From Oculina patagonica (lineage: Eukaryota), in assembly GCF_052425735.1 (NCBI RefSeq), contig NC_135759.1, positions 40,300,001-40,364,000 on the forward strand: DNA of 64,000 nt, given 5' to 3'. Shown here one piece after another: positions 25,169 to 36,937 of this stretch. A program made the position numbers and the translations under genes. The notes beneath the pieces were generated by a model, which saw only the letters and a list, made by a program, of their open reading frames with translations, was not told the origin of the DNA and searched no databases. The first letter of the stretch is position 1. Each line of letters starts with the position of its first letter.

Positions 25169-25886
25169 TTAAATAGATTTAGCCAAGCCTAAAAGCGGAG
25201 CTCCCCGGTTATTTACTTTGCCCTTTATTAAAATATCTGAATTCACTGACAGTAGGCATAAAAAATGGTTAATGAGCCCGCAATCCAATAGAAAAACCAT
25301 TTTTCGGTCAGCGGTCAACTTTATAAAAACGCGTTACCTCGATGAGTTATACACCTGAGCCCGCGATATGATCACGTGATACTGGTCAGCGAAAACCTTG
25401 TATTGACAGCTGTCAATTGACCATAACTTGGATGCCCATTAACAAATAGCCACCAACAGCCCTGCATTTTTAATTTCTGCCACCATATTGATTTCGTCCT
25501 CTTTTTCCTGCCCCTTTATCGTTCTTGTGCTTATTATTTTCCTATGGTTAATTAGTGTAGAGATTTGTAATACATCGTTTCGTTTTGTTTCTTTACTTTA
25601 TTACATTGTAATTTTTTTTTCTTCCTTGTGTGTATTGTATTGTTGTAAGCATTGTTGTAAGCATTAATAATAATAAAAAAAAAAACAAAAAAAAAAAACA
25701 AATAGATGAGTGTTAATCTATTTCTGAAGTGCGCAACACCGTACGTACGCCGTACGCGCCCGCGAGCCATGCCGCTAGCCATGATGACCATGAAAACTCA
25801 AGTTCATGGTTTTCCTATTTCTGTGAATTTTCTATGGGTATGGGGCTCCGCTCTGCGGCCCTTCGGGCCGCTGTGGAGCTCCGCTA
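25169..25886. mobile_element. Repeat insertion present only in the second triplet copy
   Basis: The flanks join as gcattgttgtataatattgatcatc in the first copy (~6846-6870). The gcggagctcc / ggagctccgc motif occurs near both ends. Confidence 0.55.
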
Positions 25887-27059
25887 TAATATTGATCATC
25901 AACGCATCGTTGATCCTGAAGCTTCAGAGGAAATAGTTGAAATTTCAGCCTGGTTTCTAGCATTTTTAACTTATCCATTTCGAGTGTCGTTTTAACTTAC
26001 TTTTTACAAATAACTTTTATGAAGTAAAACTTCAACTGAAAGTTAAAATTTACCAGCATTTCAGTTATCTATATATGTTGCCTCTGTTACGGTCTTGAAG
26101 TTAGTAAGTTGCTACGCTCTGTTTGTTTAGTCTTGTATATTTATAAACATGTATGTGAACATCATGAAAGATCTGTCAAAAGGGACTACTGTGATCCTGA
26201 TATTCCATCATCTTTCGGCTTTTTAATGCAAGACTAATTAACCCAAACCTGCCTGACCCATTAGGCTATTTAGCTATAATATGCGCCTGAGCGCAGGGAC
26301 CGCGGAGAGGGAGGGGCTAGGGGAGGCTTCAGCCCTCCACTTTTTTACAGTAACATGAAAAACAATGTAATGAATGGTCGATTCCCTCTATGGCGCGCGC
26401 CTGCAGGGAATCACGGTAGTTGTATTCATCGTTGCTAATTCTCGCGCGACCTCGCGCATGGTTGATGAATACAACTACCATGATTGCGTGCAGGCACGCG
26501 CTATAGAGGGAATCGGACATTAAAAAACAAACGAAAAATTTCTGAAATATTTTGGTTGTGGATGCCATATTATTGATTTAGTTTGTAAAGGACGAAAGTA
26601 ACAGCAGTTACTGTTACCAAAATATACTTATCTTCAACTTAGATACATAAAAAACAAGTAATTGCGGACGATTGTCTAAAAGGTTTTCAGATATAATCGA
26701 AAAGATATTAGGCCACTACAGTACAATGCCCTTCATTAAAACTGGCTTTTTAAGGGTGAATGGACTTCTCATGAAAAAGGCCTGTTTCGTCATTGGTCAG
26801 TTTCGATCTGAACAAATAAGTTAATTATAAGACAATACGTTTTGCTTTCGAGCTCATGCTTAAATTAATTCATTTTGTAACAATGAAAGTGAAATTGTCT
26901 TTTCTGTTTTCATTCCTCTGATAACATCTCAGTTTCCGGTACTTCAACATGGTAAGAAAGGTTCATGTCTTGATGTAAGGTTTAAAGAGTCATGAGTGAG
27001 CATAATACACCTTTATACGGGGAGGCTCCGCCCCAAGTTCTAACCCCTTACCCTTTGTT

Positions 27060-27858
27060 TACAGAAGGCTGGATCGAGTTAATTCTTTTAAGTATCTGGG
27101 TGTGATTATCAACGAGAACTTGACTTGGACAGATCATATAGAAAACCTCCGTAGTAAGGTATTACTATTACAAAGGTTGGGCGTACTTCGAAGAATTAAG
27201 TGTTCTCTACCAAGAGATATCAGAGAACTTTTCGTTAAATCAACTATAATACCTCTGTTAGACTATGCGGATGTCACATGGGGAGACAAAGCCAATTTGA
27301 CTCTTATGAAGAAAGTCCAAGTTCTGCAAAATTTAGCTGCCAAAATTGTGCTCGATATGCCAAGGCATTCATCTGCTACCGAGGCGTTCCAACAGCTTGG
27401 CTGGGATAATTTAATGGAAAGAAGAAGACTTCATAGATTAATTTTGTTTTTTAAGGCATTAAATGGCTTGATTGACTGGGATTTTAATTTTTATAGCTTT
27501 AAAGACATTCATAGTTATAATACTCGTGGACGAAATGACATTTGTAGGCCCAAGTCATGTCGCTCCTGGGGCCAGAACCGTTTTATTAATCAAGCTGCTC
27601 ACGAATGGAACATTTTACCCGACAAAGCAAAAAGCGCATTTGACATTTTAACTTTTAAAAGACATATTAGAAGTATTTTGATAAGTTTTTTAATTTCTTA
27701 TATTCATTTTTTAAAATTTAACTTTTTCATCTTCTATTTTTAATATTCACTGTATAACCATTTTTATCATATTTGTTATTTATTTTATGCAGGGCCCCAC
27801 TGAAAACCACCTTTTTGTGACGTGGGCTCCCTGCTAAAATATCTTTATTATTATTAAT
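27060..27858 (+). mobile_element. 5'-truncated CR1/L2-group LINE (C-terminal part of ORF2 and 3' UTR)
   Basis: Translation FKYLGVIINENLTW...PLLDYADVTW...QNLAAKIV...LGWDNLMERR...HSYNTR is typical of the CR1/L2 ORF2 tail. A 3' stem-loop (cagggccccac...gtgggctccctg) and (TTA)n tail follow. Confidence 0.85.
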
Positions 27859-27962
27859 GGCAGAACGCGCGGAAGAGTTTGGGTCGAGTACATGAAAGCG
27901 AGGCGAGTGAGGCATCGGCTTCGAACCAAAACAAAGAAAAGTATGGCGAATTGAAGTAGTAT

Positions 27963-28351
27963 CCCGGGGGGGGGGGGGTACTCAAGAAAGCTTTATACGG
28001 GGAGGCTCCGCCCCAAGTTCTAACCCCTTACCCTTTTTATTCCATTTTTGAGAGAAATTGTACCCCTTTCGTATACCTTTAACTGAAAAAAGGTACCCCT
28101 TTCATATACCTAAAAGACATGGCGTGGACTTAAAATAGGACGTTTTCTTGTCATTTTTATGTAGCGCTTAATAAATTAGAATAATACAGCCATAAATTGC
28201 GTCTGTTCGAAATCTTTTAATTAAAGGCCCTTTTAAATAGCCAAATGACAGATTTCCATACCCTTTCATATACTTAAACTCGTGAAATCCCTACCCTTTT
28301 ATATACCTGAAGCCTGAAAAAGGTACCCCTTTCGGGCGGAGCCTCCCCGTA
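27963..28351. mobile_element. CCCGGG MITE copy, right end truncated
   Basis: Near-identical to 18477-18862; a further fragment lies at ~27011-27055. Confidence 0.8.
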
Positions 28352-28444
28352 TAACAAACAACTACAAGCAAGGCTGATCATACTACGTGAAAAATAGGCT
28401 TTGCGAGACAACACCACGACTGGAACCGACACAGCAGGATTGCA

Positions 28445-28489
28445 ACCGCGGACAGCTGTTTCGTTCTTATTGGAACTCATCAGCGCGGT
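28445..28489 (-). ncRNA. Minimal type I hammerhead ribozyme (intact core)
   Basis: The minus strand reads accgcg-CUGAUGA-guuc caauaa gaac-GAAAC agcu GUC-cgcggu: 6-bp stem I, 4-bp stem II, short palindromic stem III, all core nucleotides present. Predicted cleavage is between 28451 and 28450. Confidence 0.85.
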
Positions 28490-28725
28490 GTAGCGAATCT
28501 AAATGACGCCAGCCCAAAGGCCAACGCAAATAAATTGCCCAATAACCCGTACACTGTATCAAGTTCCGTACTTTGAACTTACTTGTCCCCCGAATCACGC
28601 GCTTTGCAGCGCGTGATTCGCCACCTCCTCTATTCGTGTCGTTTCGTACCAGCCAGCACAACTACCGTAACCACACTGAACAAGAAGGCTACCAAGTCCA
28701 AGGAAAGCAGAAAAAGCGAAGAAAC

Positions 28726-30760
28726 ATGTTCAATTTTCAGAGTTTGATGATTGTTATGTTCCTCATTTCCTTGCCAGTGGGTAAGTGACAACTTTTTATT
28801 ACTTAATGCGCATTCATTTAGAACTGTTTAATCAGTCCGCATGCAGTTGATTCACTCGCTCGGCAGGCTTGCATCTTCATGATCACTATGCATTGGACCT
28901 CGTTGCATGCACAGGAAATATGCTTTCGTTCGTCTTTTGCTTTCACAACTGTTCTTTACCGATTTCGTAAACTTTAAACGAACTTAAAATGTGTCAGTAC
29001 TTTATATGTAAAACTATATCTAAATTGTTTCGTCACGGGGCAAACATAAAATTACCTTATTGTTACTTATTTTCGCGGGTACTTAATTTCGCGAAAATGG
29101 AACAGGAATATTTCGCGAGACTTAATTTTCGCGATTTGGCCAAAAATACGTAATTAGCATAAAAAATACAATAGAGATCGTTTAGAATTAATTTTCGCGG
29201 GTCTTTAATTTCGCGATTTTTTGAAAATCGCGAAAATCGCGAAAATTAAGTCCCGCGAAAATAAGTAACAATAAGGTAGCTAGTGCCAGTTTTTAGATTT
29301 TCTTGTTGACTGCAGGCTGCATGTCTTTCCCGCAGGTCCTCGTGGCTATGGCTACGACTGGACTCAATATTAGACATAAAGCTTGTTCAATCTGTTTTAA
29401 ACTAGCTGAAAACAGTTTGAAGTCTAACTGCAAAAATAGCAGTAGAACATTTCGTTCTATACTCTGTCGTGATTCCCGCACAAGCAAAGGTATCATATCG
29501 CAAAGCTCAAGTTGTGTTTTAGTATTTGTTGCTCTCATTTTGAGACTGCGAATGTCTATCAGTTCACTACCGATCCCTGACCTAAGAAGAGTAACTCTTC
29601 AATAGCGTCAGTTATTTTTTTTGGTGGAGTTAGAGCTCGAAAATTTCGTTCCTCCGATTCACACGGCACCCGGAACTTCTTCCGGTTTCGGTTTCGGTGA
29701 AATTGCGCAAGCCGGGACTTGAATTTCTCGTGATGTTCATACGTGCAGCACATGACAAGACGCAAGCCTTAGATATGAGAAGTTCGGTCATTTGAAATGA
29801 CCGAACTTTGATCCGGACTAAAGATAAAATAGAAGTCGCTGACAGATCTCACAGCAAGAATTGCTTGAACGCTTTGGTTAAATTTAATCTCAAGTACGTT
29901 GCGTTACGATCGTTGCGTTACAATATACATACGCTCGCAGTACTCCTGGCTTGGCACAATTTTTAAACCGCCCGAGTACAAGTACAGTTGCTGATCAAAA
30001 CGAAAGCGCGGCGAGCCAAGACTATTGAATTGTACTAAAAGCGATAAATACGGCTCTTATCGGCCGGAACGTAAGACTCTTTTCATCGAACGGAAAGTTA
30101 TCGAAGGTGTACAGTTTTAACATGATTGACACTTTGTGGTTATCAAAAAATTTGGTGTTTTCAAGTGCGTCCACGATTGCCAAATTCAAAATTTGGTAGA
30201 GACAAAATTTGTCGAGACTTTTGGTAGAGCCAAACACATTTTGTCAGTCCAGTGCGTCCGGGCACTAACTAATAAATATCACGCCCCTGGGAGATACAGT
30301 TGGGAGAGAAGAATGAGACCCTGGGAACGAGAAAGTGTTTCTTATCGCTGCGATGCGATGCGATGTGAAAGCTTTGCGTTAACAATTGGCAGCCACATAT
30401 TCATAATTAAATCCTGTTGCTTTTTTTTTTATAAATGCAGTGACTTCCCGTGAATGTTACCAATGCCTGAGTTCGCTCTCTTGGAAAGACTGTGATGATA
30501 ACAGGATAAAGGTCCAATGCATAGCTTCGAATCAATGCGTCAAAGCCATGGCCAGGGGACAAAGCTCAACTGATACTGGTTATGCAAAAGGCTGTGCGGC
30601 AACCTGCTCAGCATCCGACATTGAAATCTGCACGAAGGCTGGGTACAAGTGCGAAGTGGACTGCTGTTCCTCAGATTACTGCAATGGCGCACCCGGTCGT
30701 ATGGTCAGCGGTCTTCTCCTGATGGTTGCCACTGGCGTCGTCTACTTGTTCGGTTATTAG
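28726..30760 (+). CDS. Ly6/uPAR three-finger protein, probably GPI-anchored (copy B2), 124 aa
   Basis: Exon 1 28726-28780 (MFNFQSLMIVMFLISLPV, G|GTAAG). Exon 2 30441-30760 (VTSRECYQC...CCSSDYCNGAPGRMVSGLLLMVATGVVYLFGY). Confidence 0.92.
29053..29278. mobile_element. TA-flanked MITE with TTTCGCG subterminal repeats (in the B2 intron)
   Basis: TIR taccttattgttacttattttcgcggg...cccgcgaaaataagtaacaataaggta. Confidence 0.8.
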
Positions 30761-32643
30761 ATTGATTTTGAGTGATTGTAGACTTCCATGCATGTAATGT
30801 TGTTTACAAGGCAATTAGGAGGAGCATTGTTAAGACTGTAGGTTGAGCTAAGCGCCGCTTTAGATTTTTTTAAGGAATCCGATGCAAATTTAAAGGCGTT
30901 ATTAAGTGTAGATCTGTATAGTTTGACTGATAATAGCTTTTACTAGAAATACGATACGTGTTGTCAAAATAAAAAAAGGCATGGCTGTTTCTTACTTTTT
31001 CTGTGACTTTTACTGTGTTACTAACTTTGCTTGCTTGTTAAAAGACAAAAAATATATTATTTTTCACCCTATCTCAGACCAACCTTGGACTGGTTGCTGG
31101 GTTGCGATACGCAGGAGGCATGCATTGATAAATTTTGGATCAATTTTCTGTCCAACCTCGTTCCCAGGGCTTTTCCCTTGGTGATTTGGAACGTGCGGGA
31201 AAAGACCCTGGCATCGGCCGGTCACGTGATTATCTTAAATATTTCGCGGAACTCTAATTTATGCAACGGCTGGTAAATCCCGCTAAAACAAAAGTGAATA
31301 GAATACGTTTCCTCTGCGTTTTCTCGGGTTTTCTGTGAAAATTTTGGAGCAGTCAACTCCCAAAAATACACGCTCGGAATTGACTTTGCCGGCTCTGTGA
31401 TGGTGAGTACGAAAGCCATCATTTTGCTTCGGGTTTTTGCCATCGATGACATCGAAGCGCGCGGCAACCCTGAACGGGTCCGAGATGCCTGGAAAAACCT
31501 TCGCTAAGCAGCTAATGTTTGGAGAAAATCCGGCACGGAACGATGAAAGCGATCTTAAAAAACCAATGGAAAAGTATTCTTCGTCCTATTGAACTGAGCT
31601 CCTAACGATATAAACCAAATCACTGGAGCAAATCTGGACAGTCTAGAGGTCACAGGTATCCCGGCGTATACACAGTTTCCTGTTTGTCACCTCTAGCTCA
31701 TGTTTCGCTACACGGCTTGTTTTGGCTCTTTTCTATTTGCAAGATATTCTATAAGCTCTCAAAATGGTCGCTCTGGAAGGACAGGATCTGAAATATTCCG
31801 TGATAATGTTGATTACTTGCATTGTGATGCCGGGTTCGGCTATAGCGCTAATTAATTTCATGAAATACTGTTGCAAGACAGACGTCTGGTTGCAAGATGT
31901 ATTGATTTGTATCATATCACGGATGACATTTATCTTTGTCCGGCTTTTTCAGAGCTTTACTTCGAGAAAGCTAAATTTTTATTTTATAGAGAAACATTCT
32001 GTGTAGTAAAGGTTATGCTTCTTGTATTAATTTGATCGAGCGTTTTGTCTCTTGAGCTCGATGCTCTCTTGTTCGCTAGGTTACGTTGTGGCACCGAATG
32101 ATTTCAATGCAGATTTGAAATCTCACACGCGCAAGTGGAATATGTTGACTGTTTTTCGTATTGTATATGCCATTATATATATAAAAAAAATTCTCTTGAA
32201 GTGGCTTTAAGCGAAACAGAGGACATTTGCGCATGGTTTAGAGCCATTCCAAGCTGACTGAGCAAACCGAAAACAGATAATTCATGCGTTGCCTTGGTTC
32301 ATCGTTTTGCAATATTTTTAGGTTTCTGTGTAGTATATTGGATGCCCCGCATACCTGTCAAAGATAAATTTCATACGTTCAACCTTCTTTCCGTACGAGT
32401 GTTTTGAATACCCACAAAAATTCGACAAAATTTTATGGCGGCGGGGACGCGAAAACGGCCTTTTAACCTTTTGCCGATTTTCTCAAATATAAAAACCCTT
32501 TGAAAATTTTAAATGTCATTTTTGTAAATAGTTCACCAAAGGGTTTCTTTTGACTGAATATGAAGAAATGCGAAATCGGAGTTTTGAAATTTTTTTCTCG
32601 AAAATTCCAGTCGGTAGCACTTAACATATTTGGGTCTATTAGC

Positions 32644-33151
32644 TACCTTATTACATGAAATTTTCGCGACACGTTAATTTCGCGATTTTGTGAGTCGCAT
32701 ATTTCGCGACACTTGAATTTCGCGATTTTGCGAAAATTTTGTATTTTGAATCACTTTAATTTCGCGTTTTTGAGTAAGACACAATTTACATTTCCTTGGC
32801 AATATTATTTTACATGCCCTTGAATTAAATAAAAACGACTTCACTAATGAAAAAATAACGTCAAAATTAACAATAATGCAAAGTGGGGGGGGGGGGGGGT
32901 AAATCTCGGCAGTAGCAACAGTTCTTGAGTCCATTGACGACAACATCCATTTTATTTTAGGTTGATAATTCCTTCCTTCAGTGGCACTTAACGTATTTTT
33001 CCTTAATTATTGACATAATGTGGGTCACTTAATTTTCGCGTCGTGTTATGTTCGCGACACTTATTGTTCGCGTCACTTTAATTTCGCGATTTTTTTGGAA
33101 TCGCGAAATTCGCGAAATTAACGTGTCGCGAAAATTTCATGTAATAAGGTA
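32644..33151. mobile_element. TA-flanked MITE with TTTCGCG subterminal repeats
   Basis: TIR taccttattacatgaaattttcgcgacacg...cgtgtcgcgaaaatttcatgtaataaggta. Confidence 0.8.
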
Positions 33152-34934
33152 CTTGAAAAGGTTTCTACTTGGAATGACGCTCTGTTGCGGTTAGTACTAT
33201 TTACTGACTTTCTGATATGCAATCAATTAAAATCCATGTGTAGTGAGCCCGAGGAGGGTGGGTAGAGTATGGTTTTAGAGTTTTCCTTCTTGTTCAGGCT
33301 ATCGATTTTACTTCTTATAATTTCAAACCGGAGAGGTATCCGATTTTTACTAATCCGGCCACAATGTAAGATTATGTGTTGGCAATGATTTAGATATTGA
33401 CGCAAAGCACAATTACCTGAATTACGCTACAATAGTCAATTGTACTCCATTCCACTTCACCCTTCTCCAAGTGAAAAAATGCCATTGTGTGAAGAAATCG
33501 ACAAATAGCGATTGGTTTAGTTTTTATAGCTTTCTATTTTGAAGCACGGCACGTTATTAACTTTTCTGATGGTCAGTGAGAGGTCATTCTTTTCCATGAT
33601 ATCGATAATTCTCCAGCAATATCTCGGCCCAAGTCAGCCTCCTTTCATTTTCGATGCTATCGAAATTATGAAAATTGAATGGAGAAGCGAAATCTTATTG
33701 CATTGCTGTAAGTTGTGTTACTGGAAGTTTGTTTGATTACCTTTAACAGATTCACGGCGATCTCTATCGTCTAAACTGACACGCTCCTTGTGCAATATAA
33801 ATAATAAATATTATTATTATTATTAAATATAGAACCATGGATAGTACCGAAACTCCCTAATGTAATGAAAAACGAATGCGTGACTGACTAGAGTCCTTTA
33901 ATAAAGCTTAAAAAACTCATTAATAATTCATAAAGAAAATACAAAAGAAATTAGTGTTTAATGAGTGTCTTTATATCTGATAAAGACACGGCTAAACTTT
34001 ACGTCCAATTTTCTAGGTCAAGTAACCCCAAATCTAAATATTAGTGCAAGAATGAGTTGATCTACATCAGAAGATTTTTAAGCCGTTTAATAAATTCGCA
34101 GTTCGTGTTTTATCAAGTCTAAAACACTCGGCTGCGCCTCGTGTTTTAAACTTGATAAAACACTGCTGCTTATTTATTAAACATTATTTCTTCATATTTT
34201 TCGGCATCAAGCACGTTTGGTGATAGGATCTTATTACAGGTGTCGATTAGTACAGATTTTTGGCAATAAATTTGTACCGGTTTAAAGGTTTTCCCGTCAT
34301 TTCTTCAGAGTAAAGACGTTAATCACTTTACTTCCTTTTCACTCAGGTACCGTGAGGAGTTGAGTTACAAGAAAGTGCAGTAGTGAAACTTTTGTTCTAA
34401 TATACTAGATACTGTTTGTATCTGATCTTAAAGAAACGGTTTAAAAGATGTTAAAAACGTATGAAACTGAATTTCGGTAACTCTGTGTTACCTTTATCAG
34501 AGTTAAAATCGGTTCAGTTCATGCATAATAAGTTAACGATACTAGATACTAGTTTTTTTGGACCTATCAACAACTATCAGTTATACATCTTTATTAAAAA
34601 TACAAACATTGAAATTTAATGACACGCACTTATTATTATCAATAGACAAACATTCTACTTAACCAAAATAGGGAACTCGAAACTTGGAAAATAACTTGAC
34701 GTATAGTAATTTATGCAAGACGGAACAACCTAGGCAAAACCGGCTTGACAGGTCATGTAGGCTCTGTGATTGAAGGTTTACGTCGACCAATCAGACTTAT
34801 TTTGACAGGTATTATTAAACTACTCTGGTAAAAGGTTACTTTTGACATCATTTTCCCATACTTGAGGCGTGCTTCATTAAGGTTCAGTTGAGTTCTCCCT
34901 TCAGCTCCCTAGGAAGCGGAAAAAGTGAAGAAAC

Positions 34935-36937
34935 ATGTCGAATTTACAGAGTTTGGTGATTTTTACATTTCTAATTTTCTTGCCAGTGGGTAAGTGTGAT
35001 CTTTGTGTTAGCTTTATTCCAAAGGCAGTGAGAAATCTCTAATTCCCGATTTCAATCGACGCATACTTGCGTACGTGCCGACGTTAAGCTTGGCTTTCAC
35101 TAAGCATAGTGAAGTGATACAATAGCAAAATAAGCGCATGCACAAACAATCGCCGGGACATAAGCATGAGAACCAACACTAAACTAAAACTATTCGTTCT
35201 TCTTATGTCTCCGAAGTCCTTAAATTACTATCCGTATGTCGCTTAAGCTTCTACCAAGCTTAAACCAAGTGCAAGCTTCTACGGGTGCAAATTTAGCTAA
35301 CATTTTGCTCCGCAAAATAAAATTTAGAAAATGTATTGACGGCTTCTATTTGCGAAAAAAGTTGAACGTGTGTTTAGCAGTGTTAACTGCAGACGTAAGC
35401 CATTGTCTCTATTTTATGTTACCGCACTTCAGTTCGTNNNNNNNNNNNNNNNNNNNNNNNNNNNNNNNNNNNNNNNNNNNNNNNNNNNNNNNNNNNNNNN
35501 NNNNNNNNNNNNNNNNNNNNNNNNNNNNNNNNNNNNNNNNNNNNNNNNNNNNNNNNNNNNNNNNNNNNNNNNNNNNNNNNNNNNNNNNNNNNNNNNNNNN
35601 NNNNNNNNNNNNNNNNNNNNNNNNNNNNNNNNNNNNNNNNNNNNNNNNNNNNNNNNNNNCTAAAAAGGGTTTTTCAGCTCAATATAATAAAATTACAAAT
35701 ACAGATTAAAAATTTAAAAATTTAGATTAATTAAGAATATAAGTTTTATTATAATTACAATATAAATATAATTAAAATTACAAAGAATATAAATATAATT
35801 ATAATTACAAAATTACATGATTGGAAAAACACATTTCCTCATTCACGTCAGTCCTGAAAAATACCCAGTTTTACATTTATTATTGTTGAATTCTTTAACG
35901 TATAACAGTCTTTAAATTTGCTAAATTCTAAATAAGAAACGACACAAAGATTTTCTTTCAAAACATGATAACATGGTAAGAGGGTGGTAAAGGGTTTTTT
36001 CGTGACCCTTGATCACGTTGATCGCCCCTTTTCTTCCCTTGAGATGTGAAATGGCTATTTTTTCCGTCGTGAATCGTGACTTCTACTATGGCCCTGAATC
36101 GGGATTTTCCAAAACGTTCTCTTTATTCCGTAAAGCGTAAAATGCCAATATTATTAGTTTTCGTGAATTGTGAAAGGGTCGTTTTATTTTCCTTGAAACG
36201 TGATCTATATCCCTCCCCTTCCCTTAACCACCCTAATGATAACACCACGTTTCAGCTGCCATCATATATCATTTTCAGCTGCAAATATTTATCAGCATTT
36301 TTAGTTGTTTATTTGGCTTAACAGAACTCCTGATTATGATATACAAATTTAGTTCAAGTGGCAAGCATGCACTCTCGGGATCTTTATTTAGTTCTTCCAG
36401 TTCCCAAACAGTTGAAAAAAGCCACGAACGGAAAAGAGAGTTATCGAGACACTGGGAACGAGAAAAAGTTTCTTAGGGTTGTAATGCGATGCAAAATGTC
36501 TGTGTTAACAACAAGCAGTTTTATCATTTTCCATGTTTTTTTTTTCCAATACAGCTATTTCTCATGAATGTTACCAATGCCTGAGTACGCACTCTTGGAA
36601 AGACTGCGATGACAAGCAAATCAAAGTCCAATGCCAAACTTCGCAGGAGTGCATCAAAGCCAGCGCTCACAGCTCAGTTGAGTCAGTTGATGCTTATGTA
36701 AAAGGATGCGCGAAAACCTGCTCGGCTTCTGACATCCCAGTCTGCAGAGAGGCTGGTGTCAGGTGCAATGTGGACTGCTGTTCTTCAGATTACTGCAACG
36801 GCGGAATCAGTCGTATGAACAGCACACCTGCTCCCTATTTCAAACTCAAGATTCCTTCTTCAGGATGCTTGTCATTCAGTGCATCTATTGTTGTAATTAG
36901 TTTTTGTTTTGGTTTATTTGCATTGGTATTTGTATAA
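34935..36937 (+). CDS. Ly6/uPAR three-finger protein with a short stalk and hydrophobic tail (copy C2), 145 aa
   Basis: Exon 1 34935-34989 (MSNLQSLVIFTFLIFLPV, G|GTAAG). Exon 2 36555-36937 (AISHECYQC...CCSSDYCNGG...SASIVVISFCFGLFALVFV). The intron contains an N gap. Confidence 0.88.
35438..35659. other. Assembly gap (N run)
   Basis: Run of N bases. Confidence 0.99.

Noticed and set aside
35236-35709. ORFs spanning the N gap
   Set aside because: Artefacts of undefined bases.
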